Below, piece by piece: positions 24,521-33,983 of a stretch of 64,000 nucleotides of DNA (position 1 is its first letter; each line of letters starts with the position of its first letter). The stretch lies in the NCBI GenBank assembly GCA_049644305.1, contig JBARRQ010000111.1:4712-68711 (forward strand). Direction: 5' to 3'. This DNA comes from Gaiellaceae bacterium. GTDB taxonomy: Bacteria; Actinomycetota; Thermoleophilia; Gaiellales; Gaiellaceae. A program made the translations under genes and the position numbers. Below the pieces are notes generated by a model. The model was not told where the DNA came from and did no database searches. It was given only the letters and a program-made list of their open reading frames with translations.

Positions 24521-25473
24521 AGCGACTCGGCGCTCCGGCCGACTAGAGGACGGAGCCTGAAGGTCCTGGCGGACAGGTGGGCCACGCGAAGGCGCGGGTT
24601 GAGCGCGTCCTCGAGCGCGCCGCCTATCAGGCTGCAGCTCAGGATGATCACCGCCACGAGCGCGCCGGGCGGCACGATCGCCCACCACGCGCCCGTCGAG
24701 ATTGCCGCCCGCTGGAAGGCGTTCTCGATCACCTTGCCGAGCGAGATCCGGCTCGGGTCGCCGAGGCCGAGGAACGAGAGCGCCGTCTCGTCGAAGATCG
24801 CGACCGCGATCGTGAGGACCGTGTTGGCGATCAGCAGCGGGGCCACCTGCGGCAGCACGTGCCGGAAGACGATCCGCGTGTGGCCGGCGCCGAGGGCACG
24901 TGCGCGTTTGACGTAGACCCGCTCGCGCACGCTCTTCACCTGCGCCCGGATGACCCGCGCCGTGCTGGTCCAGAGGAGGATCCCGATCACGATCACGATG
25001 TGGAAGAGGCTCGGGCCCCAGATCGCCGCGACGACGATCATCAGGGGCACGTCCGGGATCACGAGGAAGTAGTCGGTGATCCGCATCAGGATCGTGTCGA
25101 CCTTGCCGCCGAAATAGCCGGCCGCGACCCCGATCGTCCCGCCGATTACCATCGAGACGAGGGTCGCCGCGAACCCGACGACGAGCGAGATCCGCGCCCC
25201 CCACATCAGTAGCGTGACCATGTCGATGCCGCCGTCGTCGAGGCCGAGAGGGTGGCTCCACGAGGGATGACCGAAGACCGGGCCGACCTGCTTGTGCAGG
25301 TCGTAGGGCGCGAGCACGGGCGCCAGCACGGCCGCGAAGACGACGAGGAGCAGGATCGCCGCGCCCACGGCGGCCGACGGTCTGCGCCTGATTGTCTCGA
25401 GGACGATCCCGCGCCGCGACCGGACAGGCTCGGACTCGTCGAGCGCGGCCGGTTCCTGCAGGACAACGCTCAC
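24517..25473 (-). CDS. Peptide ABC transporter permease (OppC/DppC-like)
   Basis: Polytopic BPD-transport type protein. GTG start in a GTGA overlap with the upstream permease stop. Confidence 0.9.
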   Translation of the reverse strand: MSVVLQEPAALDESEPVRSRRGIVLETIRRRPSAAVGAAILLLVVFAAVLAPVLAPYDLHKQVGPVFGHPSWSHPLGLDDGGIDMVTLLMWGARISLVVGFAATLVSMVIGGTIGVAAGYFGGKVDTILMRITDYFLVIPDVPLMIVVAAIWGPSLFHIVIVIGILLWTSTARVIRAQVKSVRERVYVKRARALGAGHTRIVFRHVLPQVAPLLIANTVLTIAVAIFDETALSFLGLGDPSRISLGKVIENAFQRAAISTGAWWAIVPPGALVAVIILSCSLIGGALEDALNPRLRVAHLSARTFRLRPLVGRSAESL

Positions 25474-26432
25474 GTTGTGATCCTCGGGTCGAGCTTGAAG
25501 TAGAGGAGGTCGGCGACGAGGTTGAAGAACACGACCGAGAACGTGAGCAGCAGGAACGATCCCTGGAGCATCGGGTAGTCCCGCTGCAGGACGGCGTCGT
25601 AGACGGCGCGCCCAAGGCCCGGCCAGGAGAAGACCGTCTCGACGAGGATCGCGCCCGCGACGATGTAACCGAGGGAGAGTGCGACCAGCGTCGCGATCGG
25701 GAGCATCGCGTTCCGGAGCGCGTGCCGGCGCAGGACCGCGGACGGCTTGAGCCCCTTGGCACGGGCCGTGAGGATGTAGTCCTCGCCGAGCGTCTCGAGC
25801 ATTGCCGAGCGTACGATCAGGGTGTACTCGCCGTAGAGCACGAGCCCGAGCGTCAGCGACGGCAGCGCGATGTGCTCTGCGAGATCCTTGAGGTGCGTCC
25901 AGAACGACGGGTTGATGAGGAAGTCGTTCGTCATTCCGCCGGTCGGGAGCACGCCGGTGAACAGGATCACCAGCATCAGGCCGAGCCAGTGAGTCGGCAT
26001 CGAGTAGAAGCCGAGTGCAGTCGTGACCGTCGCCCCCTCGAGTGCCGTGCCGCGCCGCCAGGCGGCGATAACGCCGGTCAAGGTCCCGAGGACGATCGAG
26101 AACAGCGTGCCGAGCAGCACCATCGGAGTCGTGTTCTTGAGCGCGACCCACACGTTGTGCGAGACGGGCTGCTGGTTCTCGAAGGAAATGCCGAGATTGC
26201 CGCGCGCGAGCTGTTTCAGGTAGATGACGTACTGGGCTCCTTTCGACTTGTCGAGCCCGAACTCGCGCTTCAGCTCCTGGTGCAGCTCCGGCGTCGCGTG
26301 CGGAACGCGCGCCAGGTTCGAGACGGCGCTCCCCGGCGCCAGCCGGAAGAGCGCGAAGTTGAGCGTGATCGCGACGAAGACCGTGATCGCCGCGAAACCG
26401 ATTCGCTTGATGACGTAGTCGGCGCCTCTCAT
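25470..26432 (-). CDS. Peptide ABC transporter permease (OppB/DppB-like)
   Basis: 320 aa, MRGADYVIKRIGFAAITVFVAITLNF…, a typical OppB N-terminus. Confidence 0.92.
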   Translation of the reverse strand: MRGADYVIKRIGFAAITVFVAITLNFALFRLAPGSAVSNLARVPHATPELHQELKREFGLDKSKGAQYVIYLKQLARGNLGISFENQQPVSHNVWVALKNTTPMVLLGTLFSIVLGTLTGVIAAWRRGTALEGATVTTALGFYSMPTHWLGLMLVILFTGVLPTGGMTNDFLINPSFWTHLKDLAEHIALPSLTLGLVLYGEYTLIVRSAMLETLGEDYILTARAKGLKPSAVLRRHALRNAMLPIATLVALSLGYIVAGAILVETVFSWPGLGRAVYDAVLQRDYPMLQGSFLLLTFSVVFFNLVADLLYFKLDPRITT

Positions 26433-26457
26433 GTCCTCGACGGCGCTCGCGCCGGCG

Positions 26458-28095
26458 CTACTTCTTGTGCAGGGTCGTCAGGCTCCGGATCGAGAGCTCG
26501 TTGAACGGCCCCTGCGGCGTGTTCACGAACCCGTCCCACTTCGGGCTGACGGCAGCGACCGAGTCGTCGTTCGCCAGCCAGATGTACGGGCGCCGGTCGT
26601 ACAGGTACTTCTGCATCTTCCAGACCAGCGCGCGGCGGGCATCCTGGTTCGGCGTCAGCTGCTGCTTGGAGTACATGGCGTCGTAGCGCTTGTCGCAGTA
26701 GCCGCTGTCGCTCCAGCCCCCGTACTGGGCGCAGGTGACGACTGAGAGCATGAAGTCGGGGTCGATCAGCGCCGTCCAGTCCCAGAGAGAGAGGTCGTAG
26801 TTGAGGTACTTGTTGTTCGGCGCGGAGATCTCGGCGAAGGCGGCCGTGTGGTCGAGCGCCTTCTGTTTCAGCTGCACGCCGATCTTGCGGAAATCCGGCT
26901 GCAGGATCTGGAACGTCCGGTTCGCGCTCGAGACGCTCGTAGGCGTGATCACCTCGTACGACATCTTGTGCCCGTCGGCGACCCGAATTCCGTCCGAGCC
27001 GCGCTTGTATCCGAGCCCGTCGAGGATCTTGTTCGCAAGTCCGAGATCGAAGGTCTCCGGCTTGAGGTTCGGGTTCGACCAGTCGCCCGTCGGCGACGGG
27101 ATGATCGAGTAGGCGGGTTTCGCGGTTCCGAGGAAGACGACACGGATGATCTGCTGCCGGTCGACGGCGTGGTCGAACGCCTCCTTCACCTTCAGGTTCA
27201 GCAGCTCGCGGTGATGCAGCTTGTGCGGATTCGAGTTGATGATGAAGTCCGTCTGGTCGAGGCCGGGGAGGTCCGAGACGACGAAGCCGGCTTTCTTCAG
27301 CGTGTTGATCCCGGTCGCCGGTACCACGTTGACGGCGTCGATCTCGTGCGCCTTGAGCGCGGAGATCATCGCGTCGTCGTTGGAGAACATCCGCAGGCCG
27401 AAGGCGTCGATCTTCGGCTTCGCGCCCCAGTAGGAGTTGTTCCGCTGGAAGAGCGCGATCTCGTTCTTCTGGTATTTGACCAGCGTGAACGGGCCCGAGC
27501 CGACGATCGGCGGGTTGTTCGCAAACGTCTTCAGGTCCGCGCCCTTGTGCCCGGTGTGCGCGCTCCAGATGTGCTTCGGCAGGATGAAGAACTGCTGGAA
27601 CTGGCCGAGGACGTTTCCTGGAGGCCGCTTGTAGTGGACGACGAGGGTGGTCGGGTTCGGCGCGTCTGCGCGCGTGATGTGCGCGATGAGCCCGGCTTCG
27701 TTCGCCGCGCCCCCGCCCGCGTACTTGATGTCCGTGTTGATCGTCCAGGCGGCATCGGCGGCGGTCAGCGGCTTTCCGTCGTTCCACTTGGCGCCCTTGA
27801 CGAGGTTGAACCTCCAGGTCTTGCCGCCGTCGCTCGACTTCCAGGTGCGTGCGAAGAACGGCACGAAATGCTTGTTCGTCGAGTCGTACTGGACGAGGAT
27901 CGGATAGATGTACTGGAAGGTGCTGTAAGAGTCCTGGTTGAAGGCGACGTAGGGATTGAGCGAGTCGATTCCCGAGCTCGTCCCCATCCGGAAGGTCCCT
28001 CCCGTCTTGCCTGAGCTTCCCGAGGAGCCGCCGCATCCGCCCAGCATGAGCGCGGAGGCGCCGACCACGAATGCCACGAGCAGCCGCTTCCTCAT
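26458..28095 (-). CDS. Peptide-binding lipoprotein, ABC substrate-binding family 5
   Basis: MRKRLLVAFVVGASALMLGGC lipobox (start trimmed from 28272), followed by family-5 SBP similarity across ~520 aa. Confidence 0.9.
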   Translation of the reverse strand: MRKRLLVAFVVGASALMLGGCGGSSGSSGKTGGTFRMGTSSGIDSLNPYVAFNQDSYSTFQYIYPILVQYDSTNKHFVPFFARTWKSSDGGKTWRFNLVKGAKWNDGKPLTAADAAWTINTDIKYAGGGAANEAGLIAHITRADAPNPTTLVVHYKRPPGNVLGQFQQFFILPKHIWSAHTGHKGADLKTFANNPPIVGSGPFTLVKYQKNEIALFQRNNSYWGAKPKIDAFGLRMFSNDDAMISALKAHEIDAVNVVPATGINTLKKAGFVVSDLPGLDQTDFIINSNPHKLHHRELLNLKVKEAFDHAVDRQQIIRVVFLGTAKPAYSIIPSPTGDWSNPNLKPETFDLGLANKILDGLGYKRGSDGIRVADGHKMSYEVITPTSVSSANRTFQILQPDFRKIGVQLKQKALDHTAAFAEISAPNNKYLNYDLSLWDWTALIDPDFMLSVVTCAQYGGWSDSGYCDKRYDAMYSKQQLTPNQDARRALVWKMQKYLYDRRPYIWLANDDSVAAVSPKWDGFVNTPQGPFNELSIRSLTTLHKK

Positions 28096-28111
28096 CTTCA
28101 CCCTCCTCCTG

Positions 28112-29056
28112 TCAAGCCCCGAACGGCGATTCGTCGAGCGTGAGCGTACGCCGGTCGGCGTCGAGCGTATACCGAACGCCAAGCGGGATCGAGGCCAGGT
28201 GCTTGCCGTGGCCCAGCGGAAGCCGGTACAGAACCGGCACCCCGAGAGGCTCGAGATGCTCCTCGAGCACATCCTCGAGCGAGCGTGAGCGCGCCCAGTC
28301 GGACGCCGGGCGCAGGTCGCCCCAGTCGCAGTCCTTCATCTCACCGACGACGACTCCGGCTACCTCGGCGAGCTTCCCCGCGTGCCCGAGCTGGGTCAGC
28401 ATGCCGTCGACGTGGTACGGCGGCGCCTTGTAGTCCTCGAAGAACAGGATCGCCCCCTTGACGTCGATCTCCCACGGTGTTCCCATCGTCTGCATGAGGA
28501 GCCACAGGCAGCCGCCGACCAGCGGGGCCGTGACGACTCCTCCTCTGATCGCCCGCACGTAGGGGTCGTCAGGGTTGCGCGGGACGTCGCCGGCCGCTTG
28601 GCCGCGCAGGACCGCCAGCAGGCGCTCACGGGTGAAGTCGCTCGTCTCGGGGTCGCCGACGCCGACCAGGCCGTTGCCGTAGATCGTGGGCATCCCGGTC
28701 CGCTGGAGGACCGCGACGTGCAGCGCGGTGATGTCGGAGAAGCCGACGAACGGCTTCGGGTTGGCGGCGATTACGTCGAAGTCGACATAAGGGATCGTCT
28801 GGGCCGAGCCATAGCCGCCCTGAAGCGCCTGCACGACGGAGACCTCGGGGTCGGCGAAGAGCGTGTTCAGGTCGGCGGCGCGCTGCCGGGCGTCGCCCGC
28901 GACGTAGTCGTCGCGCGCGAGCGCGCCACCCGCCAGCTTGACCTTGTAGCCCTTCGACTCCCACCACTCGACGCCGCGCAGGACCTCGGAGCGCGCGTCG
29001 TAGGGGCTCGCCGGCGCGGCCACGCCGATCGTCCCTCCCGGAGACAGGGGTTTCAC
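28112..29056 (-). CDS. S66 LD-carboxypeptidase (LdcA/MccF-like)
   Basis: GFSDITAL (nucleophile Ser) and a C-terminal …LPLGHG… GTG start in a GTGA overlap with the upstream stop. No signal peptide. Confidence 0.85.
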   Translation of the reverse strand: MKPLSPGGTIGVAAPASPYDARSEVLRGVEWWESKGYKVKLAGGALARDDYVAGDARQRAADLNTLFADPEVSVVQALQGGYGSAQTIPYVDFDVIAANPKPFVGFSDITALHVAVLQRTGMPTIYGNGLVGVGDPETSDFTRERLLAVLRGQAAGDVPRNPDDPYVRAIRGGVVTAPLVGGCLWLLMQTMGTPWEIDVKGAILFFEDYKAPPYHVDGMLTQLGHAGKLAEVAGVVVGEMKDCDWGDLRPASDWARSRSLEDVLEEHLEPLGVPVLYRLPLGHGKHLASIPLGVRYTLDADRRTLTLDESPFGA

Positions 29057-30891
29057 CGCCGCTCGGCTCCTGGAAGATCGGCGGCTCTCGGCCTGGGAAG
29101 CGGGAAGACGCGGCCTGCGGCCGCTGCGGCCATCCGGTCGAGGCGCCGGTCCAGCTCGCGGCGTGAGCGCTCCAGCTTGGCGCGGAGGCTGCGCTCCAGC
29201 CACGGGCCGGGCGGGCGAGCTCCCGCTTCGCCGCGGAAGGAAGCGAGCTCGTCCCACAGGTCCGGTCCGTGGTCGGCGTCGCCCTGGACTCCCCAACAGG
29301 CCCGCGCGGCGGTGCGCCCGCGGCGGGCCAGCTCGAGCCGAAAAGCCTCGTGGCCGAGGTCGGCGCACAGCCAGTTGAGGCCGACGCGCGCAATCGTCGC
29401 GGCGGCTGCGCGCGGGTCGTCGAGCTGGGTCAGGGCCCTCTCCAGGAGCTCGACGTCGGCAGCCGTCTGCTCGTGCGGATAGCGCGGCGCATCGCCCGCG
29501 TCGAGCCCATGCAGGCCGCGACCGACGGCGGTGAAGCGCGACCGCCCTCCGGCACGCTCGAGGTCCGCGAGCGCGCGATCGAGTTTCGTGTGCCGCCTGC
29601 CGTTCAGAGCGCGGCGAAGGTGACGCGCCCGCGCCGCGAAGTCAAGCCGGTGTGAATCGAGGAAGAGCCGTCCGCAAAGCTCGGTCAGCCTGGCGAGGTA
29701 GCCGAAATCGACGCAGTCGCTCGTGTCGTACTGCGTGTGGTATTCGGTCCGGTCGAATTCAGTTGTGAAGGTGGAGACATTGAGGCCGGGAATCCCTGCA
29801 GCGAGGAACGGCCAGACCTCGGTCCACGTGTTGGGGGCTCCGAGGCGGTAGCCGTAAGGCAGGAGCCCGTCGCGGGCCGCGCGCCGACAGTGCCGTCGCG
29901 CCCACGCCGCGAGCTCCGGAGGAGCGTCAACCGTGAACGGGTCCGGCCTGCCCGAGCCCTCGATGTTGAGGTAGAACGGCGACCCGGTAGTCCACTCCCG
30001 GTGCTCGGCGACGACCTGATACCAGGCGCCGTAGCACCAGTCGTAGGCCGACTCGGCGATCCCGTACTCCTCGGCAGTGTGGGAGACGAAGGCGATCGAG
30101 CGCTCGGGCCGGATTCCGGCCTCGGACATGGCGCGTGCGAGCTCGAGCGTCAGCGCCACACCGGTTGCGTCGTCGAACGCCGCGAGGAACCAGCCGTCGT
30201 GGTGGCCGGCGACGATCAGCGGCGCTCCGCGGCGCCGGCCCGGCAGGACGCCGACGACGTTCGCCGCCTCGGCGCCACGCGTGAGGGGAGCGCGTAGCAC
30301 TGCTCGCACGCGCTCGCCGGCATGGCCTGCGAGCACCGCCCCGTCTTCTTGGCGAATCGTCAGGCACGGCGGGCCCTGTGCGTGCCAGATGCCGTCGAAG
30401 GTTCCGAGCGCGCCCGGCGCCTGGTAGTACGGCCCGCCGGCCGGCGAGTAGACGATCATCGCCTTCGCTCCGCGCAGGCCGAGCTCGAGGCCGAGGTGGT
30501 ACGGCCAGAGGCGCGCCACCTGCCACTCGACGAGCGCGATCTTGCCGTGAACGTCGAGGCGGTCGAGCTGCCGCCGGCCGCCGCGCCCGACCGGGACGAG
30601 CTCGCTCGTGACGCCGCGGCCACCGGTCTCGGGGACGCCGCCGAATGAGGCGCACTCGAAGCGCGTTCCGTCGCCGAGCTCGACGTATGCCTCGCGAAGG
30701 CGCCAGCCGTCGACGGGGACAGGCTCCTCGGTGACGTCCTCGAGGCCGAGGCTGCGCATCTCGGAGGCGACGAACGCGGTCGCGGCGCGCTCCTCCGGAG
30801 TGCCGGCGACCCGGAAGCCAAGCGGATGCGAACGGAACGACTCGAGACGCTCGACGACGTGTCGCAGGTACTCCGGCGACACGTTGATCAC
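29053..30891 (-). CDS. PA-domain M28 metallopeptidase with a helical C-terminal (transferrin-receptor-dimerisation-like) region; glutamate carboxypeptidase II-like architecture
   Basis: PA-like segment (…HGKIALVEW…) and M28 ligand motifs (AGHHDGW, FDDATG, HTAEEYG, YHTQYD). A ~230-aa helical tail follows. The start was trimmed from the 828-aa track ORF to a GTG in a GTGA overlap. No signal peptide. Confidence 0.75.
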   Translation of the reverse strand: MINVSPEYLRHVVERLESFRSHPLGFRVAGTPEERAATAFVASEMRSLGLEDVTEEPVPVDGWRLREAYVELGDGTRFECASFGGVPETGGRGVTSELVPVGRGGRRQLDRLDVHGKIALVEWQVARLWPYHLGLELGLRGAKAMIVYSPAGGPYYQAPGALGTFDGIWHAQGPPCLTIRQEDGAVLAGHAGERVRAVLRAPLTRGAEAANVVGVLPGRRRGAPLIVAGHHDGWFLAAFDDATGVALTLELARAMSEAGIRPERSIAFVSHTAEEYGIAESAYDWCYGAWYQVVAEHREWTTGSPFYLNIEGSGRPDPFTVDAPPELAAWARRHCRRAARDGLLPYGYRLGAPNTWTEVWPFLAAGIPGLNVSTFTTEFDRTEYHTQYDTSDCVDFGYLARLTELCGRLFLDSHRLDFAARARHLRRALNGRRHTKLDRALADLERAGGRSRFTAVGRGLHGLDAGDAPRYPHEQTAADVELLERALTQLDDPRAAAATIARVGLNWLCADLGHEAFRLELARRGRTAARACWGVQGDADHGPDLWDELASFRGEAGARPPGPWLERSLRAKLERSRRELDRRLDRMAAAAAGRVFPLPRPRAADLPGAERR

Positions 30892-31928
30892 CGGCGCGCC
30901 TCCTCGAACCCGAGCAGCGTCTCGCGGACGAGCTCCCCGATCTCCGGGTGGTAGCCGCCCTCCTGCACGATCACGGTAGGCAGACCCAGCGCGCCCAGCA
31001 GCGCGCCCGTTTGCCGGAATCCGGCGGCGGTCACACGCAGCGGGCTCTCCGGATCCTCGGCTGCGGCGTCGACCCCGAGCGAGACGACGAGACCGGCGGG
31101 TCCGCGCGAGCGCGCCCAGGTTACGAGCTCCGAGACGGCTTCGAGCCATTCGGCGTCGCCTCCGCCGGGTGCAAGTGGCAGATTCCGGTTCGCACCGGTC
31201 CCGGTCTCGTCCGCATAGCCGAGGAAGTGTGGGAACCATCCCGCTCCGGGGTCGACGTGGAGGGAACCGACGAAGACGTCGTCCCGGTCGTAGAAGACCT
31301 GCTGCGTGCCGTTGCCGTGATGTGCGTCGACGTCCAGCACGGCGACCGTCCCTCCCAGGCCGTCGAGGAGGGCGACGGCTGCGCACGCAGCGTTGTTCAA
31401 GTAGCACGAGCCTCCGTAGCCGGCCCGGCAAGCGTGATGCCCCGGCGGCCTCGTGCAGGCGTACGCCGCCGATGCCCCACGGAGCACGTAGTCGACGGCC
31501 GTGAGGGTGACGTCGACCGCCGCTCGGGCTGCCTCCCACGTTCCGGGCCCGACCAGCGTCATCGTGTCGTACGAGAAGTAGCCCGGCTTGGCCCAGACGG
31601 CGGTAGGCACGGCGAGGGCCGAGCCGAGAGCCTCATGCGCGAAGACGTAGGGGACGACGCGATCCTGCCCGGGGTCCGCAGGAAGGCCTGCCGACTCCCA
31701 TTCGTCCCAGGCGGAGGCGAGGTAGTCGAGAAGCTCTTGGTCGTGCACGCCGAGCAGCGGCTCGTCGGCGTGGGGCTGAGCGTCGACGATCGGGGCTCCC
31801 GCTTCGGCAAGCGCAGCACGAATCCATTCGATGCGCTGCGGCGTCTCGGCGGCCGGTGTCCTGACCCCGACCCAGATCTCAGACTGCGGGTCGTGGAGCA
31901 GGCAGCGGTCGCTCCAGACGACGGGCAT
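30888..31928 (-). CDS. Histone-deacetylase-fold amidohydrolase (acetylpolyamine/AcuC-like deacetylase)
   Basis: PPGHHA, DVDAHHGNGTQ, EGGY motifs. ATG 31928 with a GGTGGAG RBS; the alternative start is GTG 31940. Confidence 0.88.
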   Translation of the reverse strand: MPVVWSDRCLLHDPQSEIWVGVRTPAAETPQRIEWIRAALAEAGAPIVDAQPHADEPLLGVHDQELLDYLASAWDEWESAGLPADPGQDRVVPYVFAHEALGSALAVPTAVWAKPGYFSYDTMTLVGPGTWEAARAAVDVTLTAVDYVLRGASAAYACTRPPGHHACRAGYGGSCYLNNAACAAVALLDGLGGTVAVLDVDAHHGNGTQQVFYDRDDVFVGSLHVDPGAGWFPHFLGYADETGTGANRNLPLAPGGGDAEWLEAVSELVTWARSRGPAGLVVSLGVDAAAEDPESPLRVTAAGFRQTGALLGALGLPTVIVQEGGYHPEIGELVRETLLGFEEARR

Positions 31929-31980
31929 CGCGAGCTCCACCGGCCGACTCTACAGCCGCTCGCGCGGCGGAACCGCTCGG

Positions 31981-33192
31981 CTATTTCACGAGCGAGAGCA
32001 GCTTGAACATGGGCAGGTACATCGAGATGATGATCACGCCGACCATCATGCCGACGCCAATCATCATCAACGGCTCGATGATCGCGGTCAGCGAGGAGAT
32101 CGCAGTGTCGACCTCGTCCTCGTAGAAGTCGGCGATCTTCGAGAGCATCTTCTCGAGCTCTCCCGTCTCCTCGCCGATCTTCACCATCTGGCTGACCATC
32201 GGCGGGAAGACGGCGTTCTCGATCAGCGGCTGGGCGATCGGAACACCCTGGTGCACCTTGGCCCGGACGCCTGCGAGCGCTTCCTCGACGACCCAGTTCC
32301 CGGCGGTCTGGCCGGTGATCTCGAGCGCCTTGATGATGTCCACGCCGGCGGCGACGAGTGTCGAGAGCGTGCGCGAGAAGCGCGCCATCGTCACCTTGAG
32401 GACGACGTCGCCGATCTTCATCGGGATCTTCAGCTTCGTGCGATCCCAGAGCTGGCGGCCGCCCTCGGTGCGCTTGGCACGGCGGACGCCCCAGATCAGC
32501 CCGAAGAAGACCGGGAAGATGATGTACCAGTGGTGACGGAGCTGGTCCGACGCAGCGACAACCCACTGCGTGAGGGTCGGAAGCTTGCCGTGTAGCTGCG
32601 CGAAGATCTTCACGAAGACGGGCACGAGGAACATGAGCAGCCCGATCAGGACGAGGGTGGCGAAGATCAGCACCATCGTCGGGTACATCATCGCGCTCTT
32701 GACTCGGCGCTTGATCTGGGTCTCCTTCTCGATCTGGTAGGCGACGCGGTCGAGCACCTGGTCGAGGATTCCGGCGGCCTCGCCCGCCTCCACCATCGCC
32801 ACGTACAGCCGGGTGAAGATCTTCGGGTGGCGGCCCAGGGCCTGGGAGAGGAGGAGCCCGCCCTCGACGTCGGCGCGGATCTCCTTGATGACGAGCGCGA
32901 AGTAGGGATCGTCGGTCTGCTCCTCGAGGATGACGAGCGAGCTGACCACGTTGAGGCCCGCCTCGATCATCGTCGCGAACTGTCGCGAGAAGATCTGGAG
33001 CGTCTTCGGCTTGATCTTCTTGAAGACCGTGCGGACGCCCTCCTCGCCGCTCGCCGGCATCTCGTGGAGCCGGTCCGCGAGCAGGCCGCGGATCCGCAGC
33101 TGCTCCCGGGCCGCGTCGAGATCCGGCGCGTGCACCTCACCCGTGAGCTCGATGCCCTCCGCATTGATGGCGCTGTAGGCGTAAGCCGCCAT
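31981..33192 (-). CDS. pilC: Type IV pilus platform protein PilC (T2SS-F family)
   Basis: 403 aa with two T2SSF repeats and three TM segments, showing typical PilC/GspF similarity. Confidence 0.93.
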   Translation of the reverse strand: MAAYAYSAINAEGIELTGEVHAPDLDAAREQLRIRGLLADRLHEMPASGEEGVRTVFKKIKPKTLQIFSRQFATMIEAGLNVVSSLVILEEQTDDPYFALVIKEIRADVEGGLLLSQALGRHPKIFTRLYVAMVEAGEAAGILDQVLDRVAYQIEKETQIKRRVKSAMMYPTMVLIFATLVLIGLLMFLVPVFVKIFAQLHGKLPTLTQWVVAASDQLRHHWYIIFPVFFGLIWGVRRAKRTEGGRQLWDRTKLKIPMKIGDVVLKVTMARFSRTLSTLVAAGVDIIKALEITGQTAGNWVVEEALAGVRAKVHQGVPIAQPLIENAVFPPMVSQMVKIGEETGELEKMLSKIADFYEDEVDTAISSLTAIIEPLMMIGVGMMVGVIIISMYLPMFKLLSLVK

Positions 33193-33261
33193 ACCTTGGG
33201 GGCTATCGGCACGGGGGATGCCCTGCTTGAGGGACGTCAGCGGCTTGCCGATAGGGAAAAC

Positions 33262-33789
33262 GTGCGCGTGCGGCTTCGTAGCGAACGCGGCTTCGGCCTG
33301 ATCGAGCTCCTGATGGCGATGGTGATGTTGAACATCGGCATCCTCGCGATCGTGGCTTCTTTCAACTCGGGGATCTTCGCGCTGAATCGCGCGAGCAAGA
33401 TCTCGACGGCTTCGGCGCTCGCGGACTCGCAGATGGAGCTCTACAGGGCTCTCACGTACGCGGCGATCGCGCTCGATTCGACGGCGCTCGGCAGTGTCGA
33501 CAACACGTACAAGTGCGACTCGGCCCTCGGCGGCTCATGTCCGAATTCCACCTCGCCCGAGGTGACGGCGACGTGCTCAGGCTCGCCGCTTCCGAACGAG
33601 TGCAACCCGAGCCGAATGCTGACCGGAGCGGATCGCAAGAACTACCGCGTCGACACGTACATCGTGATGACCACCCCCACGAACGGGCGCTCCCTCAAGC
33701 AGGTGACGGTTGTCGTGCGGGACGGCAACACGTTGACGGCGCGGCCGTACGCCCGCGTCACCTCGACGTTCGACCAGTCGACCGGCTGA
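33262..33789 (+). CDS. Prepilin-type minor pilin / pseudopilin
   Basis: Leader VRVRLRSERG/FGLIELLMAMVMLNIGILAIVA (G-F-x-L-I-E class III signal). GTG start with an AGGGA RBS. Cys-rich C-terminal half. Divergent from pilC. Confidence 0.8.
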   Translation: MRVRLRSERGFGLIELLMAMVMLNIGILAIVASFNSGIFALNRASKISTASALADSQMELYRALTYAAIALDSTALGSVDNTYKCDSALGGSCPNSTSPEVTATCSGSPLPNECNPSRMLTGADRKNYRVDTYIVMTTPTNGRSLKQVTVVVRDGNTLTARPYARVTSTFDQSTG

Positions 33790-33983
33790 AACACGGGGGA
33801 ACCCCTGGTTCCGCCCTTGCGCGCGGTTGCGCTGGGCCTGCCGTTACTGGAGCCCGCGACTGGAGAGGGGCTTCCGCTGAGGGTTTGTTGAGCCTCCCGC
33901 CGGGCAGAGCCCGGCTCCGTGGGCCTTTGTCGCGCCCCTAGAGGGCTATTGGCCCGGTCGGGTCGATTTCCCCGTGAAGAGCG

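Noticed and set aside
23546-31539. Very long track ORFs (738 aa at 23546-25762, 544 aa at 24517-26151, 828 aa at 29053-31539, 418 aa at 28112-29368) that suggest giant fusion proteins.
   Set aside because: Only the C-terminal parts are protein-like. The N-terminal parts overlap the upstream gene in another frame and are Arg/Pro-rich. Each real gene begins at a GTG/TTG in a 4-nt overlap with the upstream stop, so the starts were trimmed.
33790-33983. Possible small gene or structured RNA in the 194-nt convergent spacer between the minor pilin and the PilP-like gene. It contains the hairpin GCCGGGC-AGA-GCCCGGC near 33899-33915.
   Set aside because: There is no ORF with a plausible start or RBS, and no recognisable RNA family. 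The hairpin is short and lacks a clear T-tract, so at most it is a weak terminator.
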